Source: a virus
Taxonomy: Duplodnaviria > Caudoviricetes
Virus record (IMG/VR): IMGVR_UViG_3300020177_000966
DNA length: 64,000 bases
Direction: 5' to 3' (one strand)
A program made the translations under genes and the position numbers. A model generated the notes under the pieces. The model was not told the DNA's origin, made no database searches, and saw nothing but the letters and a program-made list of their open reading frames with translations. The first letter of the stretch is position 1. Each line of letters starts with the position of its first letter. Below, in pieces: positions 18,850-30,217 of the stretch.

Positions 18850-19299
18850 TTATACAGTGTAAATACGCCAGCCGTATGTGTCGCCTGAAAATACCACTTC
18901 AAATGCCGCTCCTTCGGAGTTTACAGTCAAATCAGCCGCATCACCTTGAATTAATTTTCCGTTTCTACCAAGTGTTAGTGCATTGCTGTCAAATGTTTTT
19001 CTTAAATCAAAAAATCTAACAACATCGCCTACTGCCGGTGATCCTGGTAACGTAATCGTAAATGGTCCGCCGTTGGTATCACAGAACAATTGTTGTCCTG
19101 ATGCCGCGTTATACGCTGTTGTAACTGTAGTAGCGTTAAGAACACCTACTGGAAGCCATGCTGTACCGTTATACAATTCTAAGTTATTCAACTCAGTATT
19201 GAAACGGATTGAACCTGCTCCTGCATCTTGTGTTCTCTGTGCCGTAGTTCCGAAAGGAATTGTTAGACCTGGTGAACCTACTGAAATTCTTCTACCCAT
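18850..19299 (-). CDS. Small tail-fibre connector-like protein (149 aa)
   Basis: PFGTTAQR..GSIRFNT fibre repeat and DTNGGPFTITLPGSPAVGDVV...NALTLGRNG proximal-fibre-type domain. Confidence 0.7.
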   Translation of the reverse strand: MGRRISVGSPGLTIPFGTTAQRTQDAGAGSIRFNTELNNLELYNGTAWLPVGVLNATTVTTAYNAASGQQLFCDTNGGPFTITLPGSPAVGDVVRFFDLRKTFDSNALTLGRNGKLIQGDAADLTVNSEGAAFEVVFSGDTYGWRIYTV

Positions 19300-19314
19300 C
19301 TTCTTATACCTTCC

Positions 19315-19641
19315 TTACGCCGCTGGTACGGCTGTTTCAATTCCCATTACTACTGCATTGCAGTTAGCGCCGGATGATCTTGTAACAAGCAATTTGCCTG
19401 TGTCCAATACAATACCTGTTCTTTCAAGAACGCCGTTTGGTCCGATTGATGTATCATATTCTAGATACTCACCGCCACCTGGTGTTGCACTGGTTGCTAC
19501 TGCTAATCTTATTTGAACTGTGCTTGAACTTCTATTACAAAAAGAAACAGTCACAACGCTATAAGTATCGGCAGGAACAGTATACGTTGTTGTATCCGTA
19601 TTTGCTGTAAGATCACTAATTCCTAAAATTCCTGATGCCAT
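19315..19641 (-). CDS. Small beta-sandwich-type virion protein (108 aa), family member 1
   Basis: YTVPA...CN...IVL.G pattern shared with 29878-30207 and 39848-40195. Late motif CTAAATA at 19664-19669. Confidence 0.7.
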   Translation of the reverse strand: MASGILGISDLTANTDTTTYTVPADTYSVVTVSFCNRSSSTVQIRLAVATSATPGGGEYLEYDTSIGPNGVLERTGIVLDTGKLLVTRSSGANCNAVVMGIETAVPAA

Positions 19642-19673
19642 TTTATATTACTCCTATCGTTAGTATTTAGCCA

Positions 19674-22600
19674 TTAAGTTTTACTTGTCAAGTAGTACGC
19701 TAATGCAACTGGGCTACCACTTATTCCACCATTGAAATTCATCCCGGTAGTTACAGTGATTGGACTATTATCAGTTGTACTTATTGTATTACCTGTAATA
19801 TTTATTTTACCTGCTGTAACCGCGTTAACGTTCAGAGAACTACTTCCTCCACCAATTTGTGCATTGATGTATGTAATAATTGCTCTTTGTGTTGGAACAA
19901 CATTATCTGAATTAGCACTAAATGTACCATCTGTACTAAATTCATTAATAACTGCTCCGCCCTGTCCTAAGCCTACTGCTCCTAGTGACAATTCTTGTAG
20001 ACCTGCTAAACTGAATGCACTGGTATTCAAACTTGCAGATCCTGTTGACTGTTCAACGTTAAACAAACGTCCAACTCGGAAGTTACCATCTTGGTCTGTA
20101 CTTGTGTAGAACACTCGTCCGCCGCCTTGTTCTGTAACTTCGTCTTTTGGATCATTTGCATAAACTGGTGTTCCTGGATAGTTAGTACTTGATATGTTAC
20201 CTGTACCAATATCTAAGAAATCATGTCCTGTTAGACGTACTTGAGAGTATCTTCTTCTAATTGTAATGTTAGTGCCATGCTCTGGAGCAAGTTCAACTCC
20301 TAAGTCTGGACTTACTTGTAGGTTTGCAGTATAGTTTCCTGGGTTACCTAAAAGTTCTCTAACAAATACAACTTTAAAGTATCTACTATCGCCTTCAATT
20401 TGTAAGTTTGCACCTTCAGTTGGAATCTCAGTTAAACCATACACATTCATAAAGTTAGCTGATTGGTAAATGTCTCCATAACCGTCGCCGTCAACTGTTG
20501 CGCCTGCTGTTTCAAAATCAATTCCTCGTTCAGTCCATGTAGGTTGTGCTAATACACCGTTACCTACTCTAATTTCATATGGTGCTTCAGAAGTTTCATT
20601 AGGATCAGTAATTGTCAACTTTAACGTTGGGTCTGATGAACTATATCCGCTTCCTGGATTTACAATATAGAACTGTGAGATTCTATTATCTGCAACTTGT
20701 GCTCTAACTTGTGCTCCAGTGCCGCCACCGCCAATTACTACTACTCTTGGTTCAATAGTGTATGCTGTTGTAGCATCTAATGTTGAAGCAATTGCATTTG
20801 TTGGATGCCAAGTATCCCATCCTGGTGTACCGTCTGAATCTTTAACAATGTTAGCAACTTTAGTACCTGAGTTATATGATGTAATAACACCGTATTGTCC
20901 AGAACCAACTCCAGCTGTAATAACAATTCTCATACCAATGTATTTGGTGTTATTTGCTGTTTCAGTGTTTGACAAAGTAATAGTAGTTAGGCCGCCTGCC
21001 TGCGCTGTGTTTGAGCTAGTTTCATAACCTCTACCGCCAAGTGAATCAACGTCATTTAACAATCCGTCGTTATTAACATCACTTACGTTATATGTTGATC
21101 CGTCGTCTGGGTTACGGCCTCTAACTTCAAAGATGCCGCCATTAACTACATTAGAACTAGCAACTACTGCACCGTATCCATTACCGCTAATTTGATAAGT
21201 TGCAGATGTATAATTATTACCTGCGTTTGTATACTCAAAATGGATAATCTTACTACCGTCAGTTAACGCTCGACCAATTTGTGCTTCAAGTTTTCTATTA
21301 TTAACTCCGCCAGTTGTTGGAATTTCAGTTACGTCAATAAACTCTGATACTGCGCCTTTGTCACCATACGAACAGTTGCCGTTTGTTCCACGAATCTTGC
21401 CGCCATTCTCTGCTAGATAACCAATATGATTATAATAACAGAATACTGATACAAGTTCTGCACGACCTAAGTTAGTAACCCATGCACCAATACCATCACT
21501 TAGTACTTGTGTATAATCGTTAGCAACAATAGAATCATTACCACCGTTGTGCAAATTACCGTCAACTTTAATACCAATACATGCTGTTCCAAAGTTAGTA
21601 ACACCTTGTACATATGGTGAACGTGTTGTAATCCATACACGATCATCATCTGGTCCCCAACCTGGATCAAGTGAAGTATAAGCGCCTGCACTTGGACGCT
21701 TAGATCCGTATGCATTTGCCGCACTCAATGTGCCATTTAGTCCACCTAGTGTTTGGTTTCTAATACCTGTACCATCTCTTAGTAAGTACATATTTTCTAA
21801 AGTAGAACCGTTTACACTATTGCCATAAAATAATCCTGCCATTAGTGTAGCATAGTTGCTACCTTCACTTACACCGTGAATTAAATCGTAAATAAATGCA
21901 TCAATATAATGCTTTACATCCTTTTCACAAGCTACAGTATCAAAAGAATATGCTGGATAGTTTACTTCAATATATTTTGTTACATCACGTGCAATAAAAT
22001 CTTTATTAAGCATTAATAATCTAGCTGCCGCAAATTTATCTTGATCGTCAACTCTTTCGTTTCTTCCTCTAAACGCAGGAGCAGATGAATCACCACTTGC
22101 ACCATTAATCTCATAATCAATTTTGTCATATAGCTCTTGTGCTAAATCTGACAATATAGTTCCTACTGCTGAAGTACTAAGCGGATTGCTATCATTTTGA
22201 GAAACTGCGTTACCTGTTTGAGGAGTAACAGTTGTACCTTCAACAATATCACTAAGTATACTCTTCATATGTAGCACACCTGCTAAACTATATGTTGCAT
22301 CGCCAGCGGCTGTTACTGAACCTGCTGGTTCAACTCTAGTTGAACGTAATTCGTCTCCAACAATTGCAGTTAATGCAGGTACTCTAATTGGAAGTACTTC
22401 TGCATATGTTCCTGTTTTAACAAAAATTACAGCATGTGATTTTACTTGTGTAGGTAATGTATATCCTCCACCAAGTGTAATTGAGTTAGTAACTATTCCA
22501 ATCGCCGATGTAATATTTGCTAATACTCCTGCTTCTGGTGTTTTTGTAGAATCTTTAATTTGAAGATACCTATCGCCTGCCGCAACTCCATCTAAGTCTT

Positions 22601-24527
22601 GGTAGTCTGCAGGAGGTGTTGCACTATTGATAACATCTTCAACTAAGTCAATAACAAAATTAAGAGCCGCAACGTTTTGTGTTTCTGATCCAGTATCAAA
22701 CCAATCAGTACCATCATTATCTTTCATTGCTTGCGCAACTCTGCGAATATTTACGTTGCCACCTTTTCTTAAATCAATAGTAACAGCATCAACAACAAAT
22801 CCTGCTAGTCTTTGAAACTTAGCTTCGTCAAAACTAAATCCAATAAAGAATGGAGCAGTTTGTGTAATAATTTGTCTCTTAGCCCATTTAGCAGTTTCGT
22901 ATGCAATGAAAGTTCTGTTTATTTCTAACAAGTAAACTGCGTTTGGATTTTTTGGTCCTTTTTCAACTTCTTCTGCCGCATAACGAATTGTTTTCCAAGG
23001 ACGATCTAATGTCCCACCATTTGTTGGATAAGGATTGTTTATTCCGTTAGTAGCAACATAGTATACATCAGGTGTAGTAGCAAAATCTTTCCATTCTGGT
23101 AAACCTTGTGTACTTACACTTAGCACTTGTCCTTCAGAACCAATTGGTAATCTAGCTGGGCCTGAACCACTGTAGTAAAGGATGTCACCTTCTGTTGTTA
23201 GCGCACTTTCTTCAGCGCCACTTGCAACGTTTTTCCAATATGTTCCTAGCGAATCTGCTGACGGTTTATTACCAGCGGCAGATGTATGTGCTAGAATACA
23301 AATATAACTAATTAATCCTTCGCGTACTGCGTCGCCCGCATCGTATAATGTAGCATCTGTCCAAGTATCTTTCCATTCAATACCTTGAGACAATCTTGCC
23401 CAGTATGTAGCGTTTGGTGGACGGAAGCCTTGGTGGTCTGCAATACATAGATATGTATATCCACCTAATCTTACAACATCGCCAATTCTGTAATCTTGGT
23501 TAGTAGAATCATCACTCCACTCGCCTTTAAGATTAAAGCCTGTTGTAACTAAATCCCATTTTGAACTGCTCGCCGGAACTTCTGCAAAAACGTTATCATT
23601 AGCAACATATTGGTTACCACCGTAGGTTACGAAGTCGCCTGGTTGATATCTTTCATATCCTGACCATGAGTTTTCAAATTCCATACCTGGAACAAATTTG
23701 TCCCAATTAGCAATGTCAGCTTGTAGTGTACCTAGCTGTGAATCTGGATTTGTAGTAACAGAAGTATGTGATCCTGTTGCAATGTAAAGTGTAGCACCCC
23801 AAAGAACAACATCATTAACTTTATAGCGTGTTGAGTTAGTCCACTCACCTTTATAATCAAAACCTTTATTTAGATAGTCCCATTTATTTTGATCGTCTTC
23901 TAGTCCTAAAGCCTCTGTAGAAGCAGATGTATGACCTGTATTTGCAATGTATAAAGTTCCGCCGTATTTAACAATGTCGTTAACTTTATAGCGTGTTGCT
24001 ACAGCCCAATTTTGCTTCCAGTCTTGGCCTTCTGAGAAAATATCCCATTTTAAAATGTCAGCTTCTAGTCCTAAAGCATTTGTGGCCGCGGCAGTGTGAC
24101 CAGTGTTACACAAATAAATGTTTCCACCATATTTTACCAAGTCGTTTGCTTTGTAAACTGTAGAAGCTGTCCAATTGTCTTTCCAGTCAATTGAGGTAGC
24201 AAACTGATCCCATTTTGATTGATCATCTTCAAGTACAGCTTGTGCTGTATGACCGGTATTACAAATGTAAATAATACCACCATATCTTACGATATCGTTA
24301 ATTTTGTAGAATGTAGTTGTTGTCCAGTCTGACTTCCAGTCAGTACCGTCACTAAACTTATTCCAGTGATCTTCGTCATTGTAGAAATTAGCACTTGCAG
24401 TATGACCTTGTACTGCTACATAGGTTCTACCACCATATCTAATAACATCGTCTTTTAGATATGTAGTGCCAGTTACCCATGCATCTTTCCATATAAATCT
24501 AATTCTACCGAGTTTAAATTCTGCCAT
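19674..24527 (-). CDS. Giant modular virion protein (1617 aa) with N-terminal CBM5/12-like Trp repeats and a beta-helix domain
   Basis: MAEFKLGRIRF start, repeated W..W....Y..ND.V.YGG..Y.C..GHT units, YVATNG...PWKTIRYA beta-helix entry motif. Paralogue of 24564-29492. Confidence 0.85.
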   Translation of the reverse strand: MAEFKLGRIRFIWKDAWVTGTTYLKDDVIRYGGRTYVAVQGHTASANFYNDEDHWNKFSDGTDWKSDWTTTTFYKINDIVRYGGIIYICNTGHTAQAVLEDDQSKWDQFATSIDWKDNWTASTVYKANDLVKYGGNIYLCNTGHTAAATNALGLEADILKWDIFSEGQDWKQNWAVATRYKVNDIVKYGGTLYIANTGHTSASTEALGLEDDQNKWDYLNKGFDYKGEWTNSTRYKVNDVVLWGATLYIATGSHTSVTTNPDSQLGTLQADIANWDKFVPGMEFENSWSGYERYQPGDFVTYGGNQYVANDNVFAEVPASSSKWDLVTTGFNLKGEWSDDSTNQDYRIGDVVRLGGYTYLCIADHQGFRPPNATYWARLSQGIEWKDTWTDATLYDAGDAVREGLISYICILAHTSAAGNKPSADSLGTYWKNVASGAEESALTTEGDILYYSGSGPARLPIGSEGQVLSVSTQGLPEWKDFATTPDVYYVATNGINNPYPTNGGTLDRPWKTIRYAAEEVEKGPKNPNAVYLLEINRTFIAYETAKWAKRQIITQTAPFFIGFSFDEAKFQRLAGFVVDAVTIDLRKGGNVNIRRVAQAMKDNDGTDWFDTGSETQNVAALNFVIDLVEDVINSATPPADYQDLDGVAAGDRYLQIKDSTKTPEAGVLANITSAIGIVTNSITLGGGYTLPTQVKSHAVIFVKTGTYAEVLPIRVPALTAIVGDELRSTRVEPAGSVTAAGDATYSLAGVLHMKSILSDIVEGTTVTPQTGNAVSQNDSNPLSTSAVGTILSDLAQELYDKIDYEINGASGDSSAPAFRGRNERVDDQDKFAAARLLMLNKDFIARDVTKYIEVNYPAYSFDTVACEKDVKHYIDAFIYDLIHGVSEGSNYATLMAGLFYGNSVNGSTLENMYLLRDGTGIRNQTLGGLNGTLSAANAYGSKRPSAGAYTSLDPGWGPDDDRVWITTRSPYVQGVTNFGTACIGIKVDGNLHNGGNDSIVANDYTQVLSDGIGAWVTNLGRAELVSVFCYYNHIGYLAENGGKIRGTNGNCSYGDKGAVSEFIDVTEIPTTGGVNNRKLEAQIGRALTDGSKIIHFEYTNAGNNYTSATYQISGNGYGAVVASSNVVNGGIFEVRGRNPDDGSTYNVSDVNNDGLLNDVDSLGGRGYETSSNTAQAGGLTTITLSNTETANNTKYIGMRIVITAGVGSGQYGVITSYNSGTKVANIVKDSDGTPGWDTWHPTNAIASTLDATTAYTIEPRVVVIGGGGTGAQVRAQVADNRISQFYIVNPGSGYSSSDPTLKLTITDPNETSEAPYEIRVGNGVLAQPTWTERGIDFETAGATVDGDGYGDIYQSANFMNVYGLTEIPTEGANLQIEGDSRYFKVVFVRELLGNPGNYTANLQVSPDLGVELAPEHGTNITIRRRYSQVRLTGHDFLDIGTGNISSTNYPGTPVYANDPKDEVTEQGGGRVFYTSTDQDGNFRVGRLFNVEQSTGSASLNTSAFSLAGLQELSLGAVGLGQGGAVINEFSTDGTFSANSDNVVPTQRAIITYINAQIGGGSSSLNVNAVTAGKINITGNTISTTDNSPITVTTGMNFNGGISGSPVALAYYLTSKT

Positions 24528-24554
24528 TGTTTGCTCCGTTCTTGGTATTATACA

Positions 24555-24561
24555 TATTTAT
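24555..24561 (-). promoter_or_regulatory. Late promoter (ATAAATA)
   Basis: GATAAATA upstream of a GGAG RBS and the start at 24527. Confidence 0.6.
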
Positions 24562-24563
24562 CA

Positions 24564-27500
24564 TTATCCGTTAAAGTCGTCTCGATCAATTCGAGCTCCT
24601 AGAAACATCGTTAAGGCTTGCAACCCGCCGCCTAATGGACCGTTAATAATCATTTGTGGCGCTACTGTTGCCATAGCTTCTGGATTATTTGATCCTGCTG
24701 TGTTGGACCATGTTCTATCTTCAAACTTTAACTGACCTGCTACAAGTGTGTTAGTAAACAAGTTAGATCCACCACCGTTAAATCTATTTTCGATATACGA
24801 TGTTAATGCTCGTTGTGTTGGAATAATATTATCCGAGTTCGCAACAAACGTATTATCTGTACTAAATTCTCTAATTACAGCCTGTGTTCCACCAACTCTA
24901 ATTCCGCCTAGTCTTAGTTCATCTAAACCTTCTAAGTCAAAGAAGTCAGCATTTAGTGTAACGCCGCCCTGTGCCTGTGAAACTCTAAACAATTCACCAA
25001 CTCTATAGTTACCATCTTGGTCACTACTAGTATAAAATACTCGTCCACCGTTTGACTCAACAACTTCGTTTGATTGTACTGTGTCATTTGCGGCTGTTTG
25101 TCCTTGCACGTAAAGCGAAGGATAATTAGTATCTGCAAAGTTACCTGTACCGATGTCTAAGAAATCGTGTCCTGTTAGACGTACTTGTGAATATCTTTCA
25201 CGAATGGTTGCTACAGTATTATGTACTGGTGCTGTTGATCTAGATAATACTGGACTAATTTGGAACGTAATTTGTTTGTTAGGAGCAACACCAGATTCTG
25301 ATGTTACTTTTACTAGTCTATAAACTATTGGATTACCTGCAAATCTTACGTTTGCTCCTGGTCCAGGAGTTACGCCTACACCACTAACAATCATTGTGTT
25401 ACCGATTTGTAATTCTTCACCAAAACCGTCACCTGTAATTGTAACAATAGCACTTTGATATCCTGTTCCTCTATTGTAGAATGCAGGTTGTGGAAGTACT
25501 CCGTCGTTAATATCAACAGTAAAATATGGTTCACTATATTCTTCAGGATCTTCAATTGTTACTGTTGGTGCAGTTACATAGCCTGAACCTGGATCGTAAA
25601 TTTTAATTAGGCTTAATTTTCCGTTTGCAACTTCTGCACGAGCAAATGCTGTTCTACCGCCTGTGTAAACGTTTCCTGTTCCTATTGTTTCACTAATAGC
25701 AACGAATGTAGGCAAACTATTTCTTACGCCGCCTGCGACACTTGTCATTGCACCGTTTGCAGTTCTAATAGTCCAATTTTGAGCATCTTCAGAACTAGCA
25801 GTTGTACCTGTATCGCTTAATGCTAAAAATACACCATTTGAGTATCCTACAGTCCAATCTTCTCTTCCTGAGTCGCCAACAATTTGTGCATCATTCCAAA
25901 CAGTTCCAGTATCACTATGAATAACTCTATCCGAATTGTCCATAGTTGCAACCCAACAATTGTTACCATATACTAAACCGCTATATAGTTCAATACCGTC
26001 TGTTGATACGGCTGCACCTGTTGTCCAGTTTGCACCGTTATCTGTTGATATTACAGTTGAACCATCTTGTGCTAGTGCAATCCATTTACCTGCTCCATAT
26101 GCTAAACCTACCCAAGTAGTATTACTTGCGCCAGTTACGTTGGTAGACCATCCTGCGCCAGGAACAGTAGTTGATCCTGCATCTTGTACAATAGAATTTA
26201 CATATGCATTACCGTCACCTGTAGCAATACAAATAATTGTATCATTATCTGGACCGCCGACTGCTACTTTTTTCCAAGTTGTTGCAGAAGGTAGTGTCGA
26301 ATGATCAAAGTTAATTCCATCATTTGAAAATACTAATTTATCTGATGCATCTGCTAAGCCTAATAGTAAAGGCCCTGATTTTGAAAAAGAAGTATAACTT
26401 AAATTATATGCTGGAATCGACCTTTGAGTCCAAACTGATGCATCTGATGAAACATACCAATCATCGCCACCTGTTGGAGCATAATACCATAAACCTAATT
26501 CTTCACTGTAACCGATATCGTGTCCGCCTGTTTGTATACTATTGTTAGTTTTATTAAATGTAGGAGAACTAATAGTTACTCTTGGTTCATATTCATATTT
26601 TGTAGTTGCAGTAAACGAGGTTACATTAATTTTTCCAGGAACAATATTATCCCATCCTGGAGTTCCAGTACTTTCTTTAAACACTGTTGCTACTTTTGTA
26701 TCTGGGTTGTAACCGTCAATATATCCATATTGACCTGCACCTGGACCGTCAGTTAATAAAATTCTCATTCCTACTAGCTGTGCCGCTGTTCTAACTTCTG
26801 ATGCCGCTAAAGTAATACTACTTAAATCTCCACCTTGAGAGTTATTAGTAAAAGTTTTAAATCCAGCGCCACCAACAGTTGTACTATCATCTGGAATAGC
26901 TAAATCAATTCTAGACACTGCACTAACTCTAATTTCGTCATATTTCATATTAAGGTCAGTACCGGTTGCCTGTGTTGTACTTGCTACTGCACCTGTATAT
27001 GATTGTCCAGTGTTTTTATAAGCTAGTGCTAAAATGTTTGATCCGTTTGTGAATACTTCATCGACACTTGCTTCACCGTTTTGGTTATTTACAGAAACAG
27101 TCTGTGGTGTTTCATTATTATCAAATCCTTCAGCAACACTACCAAATGTACCGTATGAATTGTTACCATTAGTTGCACGTAAAATTCCGCCATTTTCTGA
27201 CAAATATCCAATATGTGCATAATATGTAAACACACTAACTAGTTCTGAACGACCTAGATTAGTTGCCCAATATCCAATGCCATCACTTAGTACTTGCGTA
27301 AAGTCGTTAGCAACAATTGATTTGTTTCCGCCATTATGTAATGAACCATCAACTTTTAATCCGACACATCCTGTTCCAATAGCAGTAACACCTTGTATGT
27401 AGGTTGATTTATTTGTTACCCACACACTCGAATCATCTGGACCTGTGCCCGGATCTAGCGATACATATGCGCCAGCAGTCGGACGACTTGTTCCAAAATC

Positions 27501-29492
27501 GTTTGGACCAATTATAACTCCTTCTAATCCTTTTAATGTAAGAGTTCTAATTCCGCAACCGTTTCTAACATAAAACATGTTGTTTCTAATATTACTGTCA
27601 GGAATAGTTAATTGTTCTTGTGTTCCGTCTGCTAATTTCTCATCTAACACAACATCCTGAGGTGTGGCTGCTCTAATTGTTGTTGTTCTTAATTCTGAAC
27701 CAACTAGTGCAACTTTAGATGGAATACTAATAGGTAGAACTTCTGCAAATTCGCCAGCCATTACTTTTACTGTGGCGCCATCGCCTACTCTGTTTGTTTC
27801 GTCTTCAAGCAACCAATTCATTGCAAATCTAACAGTTCTAAAAGGAGCGTTGAGTGTTCCGCCTTGTTGACGATCATCAACTCCGTTACGAGAAACATAA
27901 TATAATTTTTCTTGTAAATCTAAACTATCCCATGCAGGCAATCCATTTGTAGATCTTAATGCTTGACCAGTTGTTCCAATTGCTAATCTCTGTGTATCAA
28001 TTGCTGTTGAATCTTGGTCTTCAAATGTTTTTAAGTCGCCTCTTCTAGCTAACTTATTAGTTTGTGTTCCAAGAATCATTATTTTCCAATAATTTTGATC
28101 TGGTTGATTAATATCTAAATCGGGTCTAGAAGCTGACTCAGTTGATCGATGGTATCCTAACGCAATGTATGATGTACCTTGCCATGTAACAATATCGCCT
28201 TGAAAATATTCTGTATCATCTTCCCAAGTGTCTCTAAACTGTCTGCCTTCGTAAATCTTTTCCCAATGTGTAGGATATAAATCAGGTTGTAAATTTGTAT
28301 TGTCTTGGATAGCAATGTAAAGACTTCCCGACAATCTTACAACATCACCTGTTTTATAATCAACTAATGCACTATCGTCAACGGCACCTGGATTGTTCCA
28401 ATCGTATCTAAATTTATAACCTTCAAAAGTTAAGTTCCAGTCTAACGGACTTAAACTCGGTATTGAATCTGTATTAAATGATACTGCTTTATAAATGTAA
28501 CCACCATATAGTACAGTATCACCAGGTTGATAGTAAACGTTTTGTGCCCATACCTTTTCGTATTCTGAACCAGGTAAAAATGTAGCCCAATACGAAGAAC
28601 CATAATCAATATTAAATGCGTTTGATCCTTCACCTGATGTATGTCCAACTAGACATCTCATCAAATTTCCGCCTCGTCTTACAATATCATTCTTTTTATA
28701 TCTATAATCTTGTTGCCACAATCCTGTAATAGTTTCAACATCGTCATCATCTGTAACTGTTGCTGTAACATATTCAATTCCGTCGATTGCAATTTCCCAT
28801 TTTGATTGATCTTCTTCAAGACCAAATACAGCATTATCTGCTGAAGTATGTCCAACGATACACTTGTAAACAATACCACCGTACTTAACAATATCGTTAA
28901 CACGATAGCGTGTACCAATTGACCAATTTGCTCTCCAGGTATCACTATCTGCTAGGATTGCCCAATCTAATTGATTTGCTTCCAATCCCAATGTTGATGT
29001 TGCCGCAGAAACGTGCTGATTAACTGCCTTATAAACTTTACCATTATAACGTACAAGATCGTTTGTTCTATAAAGTGTATTTGGCGTCCAGTTATATTTC
29101 CAATCAGCTGATGAAACAGCAACTAATTTCCATTTACCAATATCAGCAACTAGACCGTCTGTACCCGAAATAAACGTAGCGGCAGATGTATGTTCTTCTG
29201 TACATTCGTAAATACTAGCACCGTATTTTACAATATTACCAATAGCATAGATTGTGCTAACAGCCCAATCTCCAGTCCAAACTTTACCTTCGGACTGTTT
29301 TTTCCATTTTGGTTTTGCTGGTGTAAGGTCTGTACCTGCTAAGTCGTTATAAAACGTTGCAGATGTATGAGTTCTCAATGCAACATATGTTGCACCTTTA
29401 TATGAAATCATATCGTCAGCAATGTAATCAACCCCTCCGGTCCATTCACCCTTCCAGTTAAATCTAATTCTACTAAGTTTAAATTCTGCCAT
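24564..29492 (-). CDS. Giant modular virion protein (1642 aa) with CBM5/12-like repeats, beta-helix and Asp-box/BNR-like propeller insert
   Basis: MAEFKLSRIRF start and the same repeats as 19674-24527, plus S.D.G..W motifs (STDNGANW, SDTGTVW, SNDGINF). Late motif at 29510-29516. Confidence 0.85.
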   Translation of the reverse strand: MAEFKLSRIRFNWKGEWTGGVDYIADDMISYKGATYVALRTHTSATFYNDLAGTDLTPAKPKWKKQSEGKVWTGDWAVSTIYAIGNIVKYGASIYECTEEHTSAATFISGTDGLVADIGKWKLVAVSSADWKYNWTPNTLYRTNDLVRYNGKVYKAVNQHVSAATSTLGLEANQLDWAILADSDTWRANWSIGTRYRVNDIVKYGGIVYKCIVGHTSADNAVFGLEEDQSKWEIAIDGIEYVTATVTDDDDVETITGLWQQDYRYKKNDIVRRGGNLMRCLVGHTSGEGSNAFNIDYGSSYWATFLPGSEYEKVWAQNVYYQPGDTVLYGGYIYKAVSFNTDSIPSLSPLDWNLTFEGYKFRYDWNNPGAVDDSALVDYKTGDVVRLSGSLYIAIQDNTNLQPDLYPTHWEKIYEGRQFRDTWEDDTEYFQGDIVTWQGTSYIALGYHRSTESASRPDLDINQPDQNYWKIMILGTQTNKLARRGDLKTFEDQDSTAIDTQRLAIGTTGQALRSTNGLPAWDSLDLQEKLYYVSRNGVDDRQQGGTLNAPFRTVRFAMNWLLEDETNRVGDGATVKVMAGEFAEVLPISIPSKVALVGSELRTTTIRAATPQDVVLDEKLADGTQEQLTIPDSNIRNNMFYVRNGCGIRTLTLKGLEGVIIGPNDFGTSRPTAGAYVSLDPGTGPDDSSVWVTNKSTYIQGVTAIGTGCVGLKVDGSLHNGGNKSIVANDFTQVLSDGIGYWATNLGRSELVSVFTYYAHIGYLSENGGILRATNGNNSYGTFGSVAEGFDNNETPQTVSVNNQNGEASVDEVFTNGSNILALAYKNTGQSYTGAVASTTQATGTDLNMKYDEIRVSAVSRIDLAIPDDSTTVGGAGFKTFTNNSQGGDLSSITLAASEVRTAAQLVGMRILLTDGPGAGQYGYIDGYNPDTKVATVFKESTGTPGWDNIVPGKINVTSFTATTKYEYEPRVTISSPTFNKTNNSIQTGGHDIGYSEELGLWYYAPTGGDDWYVSSDASVWTQRSIPAYNLSYTSFSKSGPLLLGLADASDKLVFSNDGINFDHSTLPSATTWKKVAVGGPDNDTIICIATGDGNAYVNSIVQDAGSTTVPGAGWSTNVTGASNTTWVGLAYGAGKWIALAQDGSTVISTDNGANWTTGAAVSTDGIELYSGLVYGNNCWVATMDNSDRVIHSDTGTVWNDAQIVGDSGREDWTVGYSNGVFLALSDTGTTASSEDAQNWTIRTANGAMTSVAGGVRNSLPTFVAISETIGTGNVYTGGRTAFARAEVANGKLSLIKIYDPGSGYVTAPTVTIEDPEEYSEPYFTVDINDGVLPQPAFYNRGTGYQSAIVTITGDGFGEELQIGNTMIVSGVGVTPGPGANVRFAGNPIVYRLVKVTSESGVAPNKQITFQISPVLSRSTAPVHNTVATIRERYSQVRLTGHDFLDIGTGNFADTNYPSLYVQGQTAANDTVQSNEVVESNGGRVFYTSSDQDGNYRVGELFRVSQAQGGVTLNADFFDLEGLDELRLGGIRVGGTQAVIREFSTDNTFVANSDNIIPTQRALTSYIENRFNGGGSNLFTNTLVAGQLKFEDRTWSNTAGSNNPEAMATVAPQMIINGPLGGGLQALTMFLGARIDRDDFNG

Positions 29493-29515
29493 TTTCTCTA
29501 CCTTTTACGTATTTA

Positions 29516-29878
29516 TTATACTCCAGTTGGGTATTCATAACCTTCGTTAATTCTAGCTACAAGATTACCACTTTCGTCAATGTAGTAATTAATGTTTCTA
29601 TTATCCCATCTAAATTGCTCATAATTTAGATTAGCATAAAGTCTTTCATGGTTAACATTTCTTCCTTCAAAGAAATCTTCGCCTTGTACAAAGTCTTCAT
29701 AATTATGAGTCGGATCACCTTCTGCGTTTATTTGAACACTATCGTTGCTTTTAAGTTGATCAATTTTTACAACATATAATTCACCGTCATCTGTTCTGCG
29801 AAGACCATAAAAATATCTTGCATCTGTTTGATTTACCATTTCGCCAATGCTTTGGCCCATAAAGTTTCCGTCACTCAT
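29516..29878 (-). CDS. Hypothetical virion-associated protein (120 aa)
   Basis: Coupled (TAATG) to the upstream gene; YFYGLRRTDDGELY motif. Confidence 0.65.
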   Translation of the reverse strand: MSDGNFMGQSIGEMVNQTDARYFYGLRRTDDGELYVVKIDQLKSNDSVQINAEGDPTHNYEDFVQGEDFFEGRNVNHERLYANLNYEQFRWDNRNINYYIDESGNLVARINEGYEYPTGV

Positions 29879-30207
29879 TATACAATCTCCACTATACTTA
29901 AAATTACATCAATTGATGCTGTTGAATCTGATGTTACATATAATACATTATTAGCATCAAGAATAATTTTTTCACCTTTTCCAATTGGTTTTAAACTAGA
30001 TCCTGGAGGAATAGGCATGTTTTTAACCATTACTCCAATTGAACTTGCTTCGTCTCCAATTTCAATTGTACAGTTTACCATACTCTCTGTAAGATTAGCT
30101 AGGTTCATACCAATTACTGTTGTACTTGTAGCGGGCGGAACTGTATATACTGCGACTCGCTGTGTACCTATATCTTTTCCAATTACGTTTTTAAAATTAG
30201 TTGCCAT
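29878..30207 (-). CDS. Small beta-sandwich-type virion protein (109 aa), family member 2
   Basis: VYTVPPATSTTVIGMNLAN...KIILDANNVLYV pattern. Confidence 0.7.
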   Translation of the reverse strand: MATNFKNVIGKDIGTQRVAVYTVPPATSTTVIGMNLANLTESMVNCTIEIGDEASSIGVMVKNMPIPPGSSLKPIGKGEKIILDANNVLYVTSDSTASIDVILSIVEIV

Positions 30208-30217
30208 TATTCTTTTC